Shown one piece after another: positions 7,429 to 15,717 of a stretch of 32,000 bases of DNA (its first letter is position 1; every line of letters begins with the position of its first letter). This DNA is from Mycolicibacterium smegmatis (GTDB taxonomy: Bacteria; Actinomycetota; Actinomycetes; Mycobacteriales; Mycobacteriaceae). The position numbers were made by a program, and so were the translations under genes. Location of the stretch: positions 4,890,001 through 4,922,000 of the forward strand of contig NZ_LN831039.1 in NCBI RefSeq assembly GCF_001457595.1, read 5' to 3'. The notes under the pieces were generated by a model. That model ran no database searches. It saw only the letters and a program-made list of their open reading frames with translations, and was not told where the DNA came from.

Positions 7429-8827
7429 TACCCGCCACCCCCTGTCGTGGGCTGGGCCGGTGCCGGCGCTTCCGTCGGTGGATTCGGTTGGTCGCCATAC
7501 GGTCCCGCGAAGATCTGCGTGGGATCTCCGGGTGTCGTCACCGGCGCGGGCACTCCTGGCAGCGTCATCGGCGCAGGCGGAGCCACCGGCAGCACCGGGC
7601 CGGCGTAGGCGGGCGGGGGCCCCGGCGGCGCTTCCGGCAACGGGAGCGTGGTCTGGTCGACCGGCGCCGCGGGTACCGGTGGGTCCGCGAAAGGCGGCGG
7701 GAAAGAGGCGGGCCCGGGCGTCTCGACCCCGGCCTTGAGCGGGTCGTACGTGTAGTTGAGGTAGTACGGATCGCCGGGCGCCGGAACCAGTTGCGCACCT
7801 TCCTGTTCCCATCGCGTACCGAGCATCAGGCTGCGCTTGAGCCGCGGGATGGTCAGGTCGATGGTCGCGAACAGGTTCCAGTAGTCACCACGGATCGCGC
7901 GGTCGATGAAGCTCTGCGTGAACGGGAAGTGCCCGGCGTATTCGAGCACACCCGCCAGGTCGGGCCCGACGTCGGCGAGCGCCTTGATCGCGGGCTCCAG
8001 GTTGCGCAGGTTACGCACCAGGTCGTCCTGCGATTCGTTGACCAACTGATGCGCGGTACTGCCGAACGTTCCCAGCTTCTGCAGTGCCGTGGTGAACCGT
8101 GGCCGCTCCTGGATCAACACGTCCATGGCAGGCGGAATCTTGTTGAGGGCCCGGGTGATCTCTTCACTCTGGCCGGCGAACGTCGAGGCCAGCCGGTTCA
8201 GCGAGTCGATCGACGACACGATGTTGTCGCGCTGGGCGTCGAGCGTGCCCACGAAATTGTCGAGACGTGTGAGCAGGTCGCGGAAGTCCGCCTCCCGCCC
8301 GTCGAGGGCAACGCTGAAGTTGTGGATCACCTCGCCGATCTGTCCGAGGCCGCCGCCGTTGACCACGGCCGCCAACGACGAGAGCGTCTGCTCGGTGGTC
8401 GGATACGTCGACGCGCTGTTCAGCGGGATCGTTCCACCCGGTGTCAGACGCCCCTGCGGCTCCTGGCCGAGCGGCGGGTTGAGCGCCAGGTGCATCGAGC
8501 CCAGCAGGCTGGTCTGTCCGATGGTCGCGACTGCGTTGGCAGGCACCACCACGCCCGGTTCCACCGAGAACTCGACGTCGGCGTGCCAGTCGCGCACGGC
8601 CAGCCTGCGCACGCTGCCGACGACGACGTCGTTCATCATCACCGGTGAATTCGGTTCGAGCGTTGCCACATTGGCGATTTCGACGTGGTACACGACCGAA
8701 TCGGCCCGCGTCCCTCCGCGCCAGGCAGGGGCAGCGAGTTGACACCCTGGAAGGCGCACCCGCTCGCGGTCAGCGCGACACATGTACCGGCCGCGACGGC
8801 GAGCCGTATCCGCTTTCGGATCCTCAT
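7428..8827 (-). pseudogene. mceE: Mce family lipoprotein, fifth position (MceE/Lpr-type), interrupted by an apparent 1-nt frameshift near 8701-8707
   Basis: ATG 8825-8827 overlaps the mceD TGA (ATGA). It encodes MRIRKRIRLAVAAGTCVALTASGC (lipobox) followed by AFQGVNSLPLPGAEGRG, but that frame stops at 8639. The Mce domain DSVVYHVEIANVATLEPNSPVMMNDVVVGSV... runs in another frame to the TAA at 7428. The span is 1400 nt, which is not a multiple of 3. Confidence 0.7.
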
Positions 8828-10284
8828 GCCGGTGGTGTCCCTTCCGCAGGCTCAAGGGGCGCTTCGGCCGGTAACGGTCCAGGTGCGGGACCGGTTTCCG
8901 GAACGGGCCCGGGCGGCGGACCCGCCGGGGCGAGCATGTCGCGCACCGACGACGGCACGTTCGGCGGCACGATCGGCGGTGCTCCCGGCAGCAACTGCGC
9001 AGCGCCGGGCGGCGGCGTGCCGGGAGGACGCCCGGTGAACGGCGGCGGCGGGGGCGGTCCCGGGTTGTAGGCCGACAGCACAGGCGGTGTCTCGGGCGGT
9101 TGGGGAGATCCCCCGCCGGCACCGGGTGCCAGGTTCGGTTCGGAGTAGATGAGGTTCTCCGGGTTCGCCGACGGCATGAGGTACGGCGAGACCGGGAACG
9201 GCACGTTGTTGAAGTTCAGCAGGCGCAACGCCGGACCGAGGTACTGCGCACACAGCTTCGCGGTCTCGGGTGCGGTGACGTTCTCGACGGCCCCGATCGC
9301 CCCGCAGATGAAGTGCAACGGCTCGCTCATGTTGTGGAACACGAACTGTCCCACCGGACTTCCGGAATCCGGGTTGTAGATGTTGTAGCCGTTGACGAAC
9401 GCGTTGGGCGCGATGTGCAACAAGTTCTCGACCTGCAGGCGCTGATCGACGAGGTTCGAGGTGACATCGGCGAGCCGTTGAATCTGCTCCGAGGTCTGGT
9501 TGCGGCTGCCCGCCACGAAGCGCTGCACCTCACCGACCGCGACCGACAGGTTCTTCAGCGCGGCATCGAGATCCGATCGGCTTCCGTCGACCACGCTGGT
9601 GAGCGTGGCCAGGCGGTTCTGGAACGCCACCACCTGCTGATTGCTGTCACGCAACGCGGTGACGAACGTCTGCAGGTTCTTGATGATGTCGACGATGTTG
9701 CCGCTGCCCTCGGCGAGAATGCGTGCGACACCCGACAACTGGGAGATGGTGTTGCGCAGCTTCTCGCCGTTGCCCTCCATCGCGTCGGCGGTCGTCTCGA
9801 TGAACCGTGACATCGAGGTGCCGTCGACGCCGCTTCGCGGTCCGAGTTCGGTGGCCAGGCGGGTGAGTTGCTCCTTGACCTCGTCCCACTCCACCGGGAC
9901 GGCCGTGCGGTCCAGGCCGATCACGGCGTCGTCGGGCAGCGTGGGGCCCTCTGAGCGGTACGCCGGGGCCAGCTGCACGTAGCGTGCCGCGACGAGGTTC
10001 TGCGCGACGATGACAGCCTTGGCGTCCGCCGGGATCTGCACACCGCGGTCGACCTTGAGGGTCAGCCTGGTCTGGGTCCCCTCGGGGGTGATCGCCTCGA
10101 TGGTACCGACCTTGACACCGGACACCCGCACGTCGTCACCCGGGTAGATGCCGGTGGCCGAGGTGAACAGCGCCTGGAATGTCCTGGGCGCGAAGAACAC
10201 CTGCCGGACCAACACGGCCGCGCCCGCGACGAGCAGTACCACCAGCCCGACGGCGAGCCCCTTGGCAATCCGCTTGCGGTTCAT
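8824..10284 (-). CDS. mceD: Mce family protein, fourth position (MceD-type)
   Basis: 486-aa ORF whose ATG overlaps the mceC stop by 1 nt. N-terminal TM MNRKRIAKGLAVGLVVLLVAGAAVLV, then an Mce domain ...FTSATGIYPGDDVRVSGVKVGTIEAI.... Pro-rich C-terminal tail. Confidence 0.92.
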   Translation of the reverse strand: MNRKRIAKGLAVGLVVLLVAGAAVLVRQVFFAPRTFQALFTSATGIYPGDDVRVSGVKVGTIEAITPEGTQTRLTLKVDRGVQIPADAKAVIVAQNLVAARYVQLAPAYRSEGPTLPDDAVIGLDRTAVPVEWDEVKEQLTRLATELGPRSGVDGTSMSRFIETTADAMEGNGEKLRNTISQLSGVARILAEGSGNIVDIIKNLQTFVTALRDSNQQVVAFQNRLATLTSVVDGSRSDLDAALKNLSVAVGEVQRFVAGSRNQTSEQIQRLADVTSNLVDQRLQVENLLHIAPNAFVNGYNIYNPDSGSPVGQFVFHNMSEPLHFICGAIGAVENVTAPETAKLCAQYLGPALRLLNFNNVPFPVSPYLMPSANPENLIYSEPNLAPGAGGGSPQPPETPPVLSAYNPGPPPPPPFTGRPPGTPPPGAAQLLPGAPPIVPPNVPSSVRDMLAPAGPPPGPVPETGPAPGPLPAEAPLEPAEGTPPA

Positions 10285-11369
10285 CAGCGTGAACCTCCCG
10301 GAATCCCGTTGTACGGCAGCGGCAGCTCGGCGCGCGGGCCGACGTTGTCGGGCGGCTGGCCCGCGTTCTGGCCGCGACGGAAGCCGAACGCGTAGTCCAG
10401 GAACGGCTGCAATGCGAACTGTGCGACCGCGAGGTTGGGCACGTACGCGTTGTAGTACGGCCCGTTGGCAAGCGTCTCACCCTGCGACAGCATGAACTTC
10501 TTCATGTCGGGAAGCATCTTGTTGATGTTGTCGCGGTTGCTCTGCAAAACCTCGGTCACCCGGTTCAGCCGCTCCAGTGTCGGGGCCAGTTCGGCCACGT
10601 TGTCGGCGACGAGGCCCCTGAGTTGTTCGGCGACCGCGGATGTGTTGGCCATCAGGTCGACGATGGCCTCGCGGCGGTCGTTGAGCACGCCCAGCAGGTC
10701 ATTGGCGTTGAGTATCAACGTGTTCAGCTGCTGACTGCGCTGCGACAGCACACCTGTGACCTCGCTCGCGCTCTTGAGCAGGCTCGCGAGGCTCTCGTTG
10801 CGGCCGTTGATCGACTGTGACAGCCGGCTCAGACCGTCGAAGGTCGGACCCAGCTGGGGCGCGAGCTGATCGATGGTGGCCGACAGTGTGTCCAGCGACT
10901 GGTTGAGCGACGCGGTGTCGGTGCCTTTGGTGTTCTCGGCCAGTTCACCGACGGCATCGGTCAGGGAGTAGGGCGAGGACGTGCGCGACGTCGGGATCAC
11001 GTCGGTGGACCGCAGTGTGCCGCTGCCCGCCGGTTCCAGTGTCAGAACCCGCTCGCCCAGAAGAGAACCCGTGCGGATGTGGGCAGTTGTCGTCGAACCG
11101 AGCGGATACTTGCCCTCGGTCGTGAAGGTCACCAGCGCGTCGCCGTTCTGCAGCCGGATGTCGGTCACAGACCCGACCTTGATGCCAGAGAGGGTCACGT
11201 CGTTGCCGACGGCGATGCCGCCGGCCTCGGTGAACAACGCCTGATGACGCACCGACGACGCCCACTGCAACAACCGCTCGGGCTGCAGGCCCACGGCGAC
11301 GACGAGGATCATCAGCACCGTGCCGGTCAGGCCGGCCTTCACCAGATTTGACTCGCGATATTTGAGCAT
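10284..11369 (-). CDS. mceC: Mce family protein, third position (MceC-type)
   Basis: ATG 11367-11369 overlaps the mceB TGA by 1 nt. Sequence MLKYRESNLVKAGLTGTVLMILVVAVGL... then an Mce domain ...FTEAGGIAVGNDVTLSGIKVGSVTDIRL.... The 31 extra codons in the track ORF overlap mceB. Confidence 0.9.
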   Translation of the reverse strand: MLKYRESNLVKAGLTGTVLMILVVAVGLQPERLLQWASSVRHQALFTEAGGIAVGNDVTLSGIKVGSVTDIRLQNGDALVTFTTEGKYPLGSTTTAHIRTGSLLGERVLTLEPAGSGTLRSTDVIPTSRTSSPYSLTDAVGELAENTKGTDTASLNQSLDTLSATIDQLAPQLGPTFDGLSRLSQSINGRNESLASLLKSASEVTGVLSQRSQQLNTLILNANDLLGVLNDRREAIVDLMANTSAVAEQLRGLVADNVAELAPTLERLNRVTEVLQSNRDNINKMLPDMKKFMLSQGETLANGPYYNAYVPNLAVAQFALQPFLDYAFGFRRGQNAGQPPDNVGPRAELPLPYNGIPGGSR

Positions 11370-12394
11370 CAGGGCTCCGCGCACCTCCCGCCTTCTTGCT
11401 TGATCATCGGGAAGACGGCAGTCCTGCCCTGAAGGTCGGTGACGCGGATCGAGATACCGCACACGTAGTACATGATCCAGCTGCCGTACGACCCGAGGCG
11501 TGCGAGCTTGCGGTAGTTGGCCGGCGCCTTCTGCAGACCACGGTCGAGGACCACCTTGTGGTCGTCGAGCAGCGGCGCCATCCGGTTGAGCTGATCGACG
11601 GTGGCGTCCAAAGGAGGTCGGGCCTGCGTCAGCAGGGTCGCGATGGATGCGGTGCCGTTGTCGAGTTGCGTGACGGCCGTGCCGATCGGGTCACGGTCCT
11701 GCGACAGGCCGCTGATCAACTGCTCCAGACGATCGACCGTGGCGGAGAACTTTCCGCCGTCGCGGTTCAGGGTGTCCACCACGGTGTCGAGATTCTCGAT
11801 CAACTGGCCGATCACCTGGTCGTTGTCCGCCAACGTGTTCGAGAACGACGAGGTCTTGCTCATGAGCGAGCTGAGCGTGTCGCCCTGCCCCTGGAAGATC
11901 TGGATCAGCGACGATGTCAGCGCATTCACATCCTGCGGATCCAGGCCCTGGATCACCGGTTTCAGACCGCCGAGCAGCAGGTCGAGGTCCAGCGCACTCG
12001 CGGTGCGCTCCTTGGGGATCTGCGAGCCTGCCGGCAGCAGTCGCGTCGAACCCGGGCTGTCGATCAACTCCAGGTATCGGTCACCGACGAGGTTCAGGTA
12101 GCGCACGGCCGCCTTTGTCCCGGTGGTGAGCGCGATGTTGCGTTCGGTGTCGAAATCGACCAGTACGGTCCGGTCGGGTTGCAGTGAAACGTTTTTCACC
12201 GTGCCCACCCGGACACCGGCGACGCGCACCGAGTCTCCGGATTCCAGTCGCGACGCGTCGTCGAACACCGCGGAATAGCCCGCGTACGAGCCGCCGCGGT
12301 ATTCCGAGAAGGTCATGAACAAAAACGCGGTGAGAACCGCCATCACGACGGCGAACACCCCGAACTTGACGAGTGTGCTCGATGCGCGCCTCAT
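11369..12394 (-). CDS. mceB: Mce family protein, second position (MceB-type)
   Basis: 341-aa ORF with an ATGA overlap with the mceA stop. TM MRRASSTLVKFGVFAVVMAVLTAFLFMTF, then an Mce domain ...FDDASRLESGDSVRVAGVRVGTVKNVSL.... Confidence 0.92.
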   Translation of the reverse strand: MRRASSTLVKFGVFAVVMAVLTAFLFMTFSEYRGGSYAGYSAVFDDASRLESGDSVRVAGVRVGTVKNVSLQPDRTVLVDFDTERNIALTTGTKAAVRYLNLVGDRYLELIDSPGSTRLLPAGSQIPKERTASALDLDLLLGGLKPVIQGLDPQDVNALTSSLIQIFQGQGDTLSSLMSKTSSFSNTLADNDQVIGQLIENLDTVVDTLNRDGGKFSATVDRLEQLISGLSQDRDPIGTAVTQLDNGTASIATLLTQARPPLDATVDQLNRMAPLLDDHKVVLDRGLQKAPANYRKLARLGSYGSWIMYYVCGISIRVTDLQGRTAVFPMIKQEGGRCAEP

Positions 12395-13665
12395 CCGGGC
12401 ATTCCGATCTGTGCGGTGTTACGTGGCGGTCCGTCCAGCGGGCCGAACAACAGCTGCTTGAGGCCGTCGGAGTTCAGCAGGATGCCCTGGTTGCCGTACT
12501 GCCACGGGTTGGCGTTGGTGTCGGTGACCAGGTACTTGGAGCGCTGCCCGAAACCGATGTGCGGCAGGCCCATGCAGTGCGGTCCGCCCTTGGCCGCCAC
12601 CTTGGGCAGGTTCTGCGGGTAACGGTAGCGTTCGATGCCGAGCGTGAACGCGACATTGACCAGAACGCCCGGGTCACTCTGCGGCGGTTGGTTTTTCACC
12701 CATGCCATGCCCTCAAGCGCACAGTTGAGGCCCGGTGCGTACTCGTTGAGCAGATCGGTGGTGGGCGCCAGGAGGTCCAGTGTGGTGCTCAGCGCCTCAC
12801 GGTTGCCGCCGATCACGTCGTTGCCGACGTCGGCCAGTCCGATCGAACTGACCAGGAAGGCATCGAGGTTCTGTTGCTCGTCGACGATGCTGTCGCTGAT
12901 GCGGTTGGTGTTCTCGATGGTCTTGAGCAGGTCCGGCGCGGCGTCGCCGTATGCACCTGACACCACCGCCATCGATTCGATGTCGCGGTTCAGGTTCGGC
13001 AGGCTCGGTTCGAGCTTTTCCAGGAGAGCCTCGAAGTCGCTGACGGTCTGCCCCATCTTCTCGCCGCGTCCGCCGAACGCCGCGGAGATCGCGCCGAGGG
13101 TCTCGTTCAGCTTGGCGGGATCGATCTTGTCGAGCACGCGCGTGAGTTGCTGGAACACCGTGTTGACCTCGACGGTGACGTGCTCGCCCTGCAGGACCTG
13201 CCCGGGTTGCAGGGTGCCCTCGGGCTTGCCAGGCGGGACGAGGTCGACGAATTTCGCGCCGAAGACCGTCGAGGACGCGATGTCGGCCGTCACGTTGCCG
13301 GGGATGAGGCGCAGTTGGCCGGGATCCATGTCGAGGTGCAGCGCGGCCCGGCCGTCGGGCAGCGTCTCGATCCTGCCCACCGTGCCGACCTGGACGCCGC
13401 GCATCTTGACCTTGGCGTCGGGGTTCATCACCAGGCCGACGCGGTCGGAGATCAGGGTCACCGGTTCGGTTTTCGTGAAATCACCACGGAACAACGTCAC
13501 CGCGAGGGCGATGATCAGACCGACCACGACGACGGTGGCGAGGCCTGCGAGCGGACGGGCGTGACCGCGCGCGCCGAAGCTGCGGCCCGGACGGGCCGCG
13601 ACGGGTGCGGCCGAACTGTCCGTCTCGGACCGGTGGGCCGGCCCCGGGCCGACGTTTCGTGTCAA
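12391..13665 (-). CDS. mceA: Mce family protein, first position (MceA-type)
   Basis: 424-aa ORF with a TTG start at 13663-13665, 9 nt after the yrbEB stop. TM LAGLATVVVVGLIIALAVTLF, then an Mce domain ...ISDRVGLVMNPDAKVKMRGVQVGTVGRIE.... Confidence 0.88.
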   Translation of the reverse strand: MTRNVGPGPAHRSETDSSAAPVAARPGRSFGARGHARPLAGLATVVVVGLIIALAVTLFRGDFTKTEPVTLISDRVGLVMNPDAKVKMRGVQVGTVGRIETLPDGRAALHLDMDPGQLRLIPGNVTADIASSTVFGAKFVDLVPPGKPEGTLQPGQVLQGEHVTVEVNTVFQQLTRVLDKIDPAKLNETLGAISAAFGGRGEKMGQTVSDFEALLEKLEPSLPNLNRDIESMAVVSGAYGDAAPDLLKTIENTNRISDSIVDEQQNLDAFLVSSIGLADVGNDVIGGNREALSTTLDLLAPTTDLLNEYAPGLNCALEGMAWVKNQPPQSDPGVLVNVAFTLGIERYRYPQNLPKVAAKGGPHCMGLPHIGFGQRSKYLVTDTNANPWQYGNQGILLNSDGLKQLLFGPLDGPPRNTAQIGMPG

Positions 13666-13674
13666 CTTTCGCTC

Positions 13675-14532
13675 CTACCCCGACAAGTTGAAGTTTCCGT
13701 TGGATCCGTACACCGCCAGCGACACCAGCAGCGTCACGGAGACGACGACGATCAGCGAGGTGCGCACGGCATTGCCGACCGCCACGCCGACACCGGACGG
13801 CCCGCCGGACGCGAAGTATCCGAAGTACGTGTGGATCAACAGGATCGTGATGGCCATCAGGATCGCCTGCAGGAACGACCACAACAGGTCGATCGGGTTG
13901 AGGAACGTGTCGAAGTAGTGGTTGTAGAGCCCGCCGGACTGGCCGAGCAGCACCACCGTGGTGAACTGCGACGCGAGGAACGACAGGATCACCGCGATCG
14001 CGTACAGCGGCGTGATGGCGATCATCCCGGCGACGATGCGGGTGCTCACGAGGTACTCGACGGGCCGGATCGCCATCGATTCGAGCGCGTCGATCTCCTC
14101 GTTGATGCGCATCGCGCCGAGTTGGGCGGTCACGCCTGCGCCGAACGTGGCCGCCAGGCCGATGCCCGCGACCACCGGCGCGGCGATGCGCACGTTGATG
14201 AACGCCGAGAGGAATCCGGTGAGCGCCTCGATGCCGATGTTGCCCAGCGACGAGTACCCCTGGATCGCCAGCACGCCGCCGGTGGCCAGGGTCAGGAACC
14301 CGACGATGACGACGGTGCCGCCGATCATCGCGAGCGTGCCCGCGCCCATGGAGATCTCGGCGATGAGCCGGACGAGTTCCTTGCGGTAGTGCAGTGCCGC
14401 GTGCGGCGTGCCCGCGATCGCGCGCAGGTAGAACAGCGTGTGGTCGCCCACGCGGCTCAGCGTCGCGACCGGCTTGTTGAACTGCCGGGTCAGGCGCGGG
14501 TAGGTCGACCGCAGGATCGTCATGGTTCCCAT
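13675..14532 (-). CDS. yrbEB: Mce/MlaE-type ABC permease (YrbEB)
   Basis: ATG 14530-14532 (MGTMTILRST...) lies 8 nt after the yrbEA stop. Polytopic membrane protein with an MlaE-like core ...AQLGAMRINEEIDALESMAIRPVEYLVSTRIVAGMI.... The upstream part of the 550-aa track ORF overlaps yrbEA in another frame. Confidence 0.9.
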   Translation of the reverse strand: MGTMTILRSTYPRLTRQFNKPVATLSRVGDHTLFYLRAIAGTPHAALHYRKELVRLIAEISMGAGTLAMIGGTVVIVGFLTLATGGVLAIQGYSSLGNIGIEALTGFLSAFINVRIAAPVVAGIGLAATFGAGVTAQLGAMRINEEIDALESMAIRPVEYLVSTRIVAGMIAITPLYAIAVILSFLASQFTTVVLLGQSGGLYNHYFDTFLNPIDLLWSFLQAILMAITILLIHTYFGYFASGGPSGVGVAVGNAVRTSLIVVVSVTLLVSLAVYGSNGNFNLSG

Positions 14533-14540
14533 CGGCGCGC

Positions 14541-15338
14541 CTATCCCGTCGTCATCCGGATGCCGATGGCGGTCACCACCACGTTGATCACGAACAGCGC
14601 CATGAAGGCGTACACCACGGTCTCGTTGACCGCGTTGCCCACGGCCTTGGCGCCGCCGCCGACGATCGTGAGCCCGCGGTAACAGGCCACCAAGCCGGCG
14701 ATGAGCCCGAACAGCGCGGCCTTGATGCACGAGATGATCACCTCGGGCACACCGGTCAGCAGGGTGATGCCCGCGGCGAAGGCACCGGGGTTGACGTCCT
14801 GGATGAACACCGAGAACACGTAGCCGCCCAGGATGCCGATGATCACCACGAGGCTGTTGAGCAGCAGCGCCACCAGACCCGAGGCGAGGATCCGCGGTGT
14901 CACGAGACGCTGGATGGGGTTGATCCCCAACACCTCCATGGCGTCGATCTCCTCGCGGATGGTGCGGGAGCCGAGGTCGGCACACATCGCGGTCGCACCT
15001 GCCCCGGCGACGATCAGCACCGTCACCATCGGGCCCAGCTGGGTCACCGCGCCGAACGCCGCACCCGCTCCGGAGAGATCCGCGGCGCCCAACTCGCGCA
15101 GCAGGATGTTCAGCGTGAAGCTCACGAGCACCGTGAACGGGATGGCCACCAGCAGCGTCGGCGCCATCGACACCCGCGCGATGAACCAGCACTGATCGAG
15201 GAATTCGCGTCCCTGGAACGGACGGCGGAACGCGAACATGATCGCGTCGAGCGACATCGAGAACAGCGCCCCGACGGCCTGCATGGGCCCGGACAGGTTG
15301 CGGCCCAGATTCACACCGGGCGACCACCTATTGGCCAT
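14541..15338 (-). CDS. yrbEA: Mce/MlaE-type ABC permease (YrbEA)
   Basis: 265-aa ORF with GGAGGG (complement of 15350-15355) 11 nt upstream of the ATG. MlaE-like core ...ADLGSRTIREEIDAMEVLGINPIQRLVTPRILASGL.... Confidence 0.9.
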   Translation of the reverse strand: MANRWSPGVNLGRNLSGPMQAVGALFSMSLDAIMFAFRRPFQGREFLDQCWFIARVSMAPTLLVAIPFTVLVSFTLNILLRELGAADLSGAGAAFGAVTQLGPMVTVLIVAGAGATAMCADLGSRTIREEIDAMEVLGINPIQRLVTPRILASGLVALLLNSLVVIIGILGGYVFSVFIQDVNPGAFAAGITLLTGVPEVIISCIKAALFGLIAGLVACYRGLTIVGGGAKAVGNAVNETVVYAFMALFVINVVVTAIGIRMTTG

Positions 15339-15657
15339 CGGCTTGTGGTCCCTCCAGGTCGTTTTCTGTTGACACTGCGGTCAATTCACCGGCTCGCAGC
15401 ACGCACACGATCGAACCGGTCGCGACGCGGGCGCCGATTGCGCTGATCCGCAAAGGAAGTGACGTCCGCGCGTCCGCAACCAAGGCGCCGATCGTATCGG
15501 ACTCGGGAACTGTTCCGAGGGCAAATTCAGCAGAACCCGCTCGGGTGGTTGGTATTTCTTCTGGCACCGTCGATTCCGGGCGAAGCACCCTACCGTCGAC
15601 GGCGACAGCCACCCCAGGCCTGGTTCGGCAGCCTTTTGCCGCGGCCGCAATGGGCAA

Positions 15658-15689
15658 ACCTGCCTGCCGGGTGTACCGACAGGGCAGGT
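15658..15689 (-). terminator. GC-rich hairpin downstream of the CoA-transferase stop (weak terminator or attenuator candidate)
   Basis: Arms ACCTGCCTG..CGG 15658-15670 and CCG..CAGGGCAGGT 15676-15689 pair with one bulge. The hairpin starts 29 nt downstream of the stop at 15718, in the 379-nt spacer before yrbEA. No clear U-tract. Confidence 0.25.
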
Positions 15690-15717
15690 CCGTTCCGGAT
15701 GTCGCGCTCATGGGGAT

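Noticed and set aside
5698-7812. N-terminal extensions in the track ORFs (mceF 704 aa, mceE 564 aa, mceC 392 aa, yrbEB 550 aa, CoA-transferase 510 aa, 4878-5687, 24777-26045, 25976-27208, 20405-21991, 28511-29431)
   Set aside because: The extensions overlap the upstream gene or an intergenic region and translate to low-complexity Arg/Pro sequence. Internal starts coincide with stop-start overlaps or SD sequences and with the expected N-terminal TM segment, signal peptide or domain start.
8695-8712. Programmed -1 ribosomal frameshift as the explanation for the mceE frame change
   Set aside because: There is no X-XXY-YYZ slippery heptamer at the junction (sequence CGCGGGCCGATTCGG), no obvious downstream pseudoknot, and no known precedent in mce genes. 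An indel in the G/C run, real or from sequencing, is far more likely.
15328-15711. 127-aa minus-strand ORF filling the spacer between the CoA-transferase gene and yrbEA
   Set aside because: I translated it codon by codon. Third-position G/C is clearly lower than in neighbouring genes, with many codons such as GAA, CCA, ATA, TTT and AAA. I saw no SD, no recognisable domain, and an 11-nt overlap with the yrbEA start. I treat it as a non-coding leader, but the rejection is not absolute.
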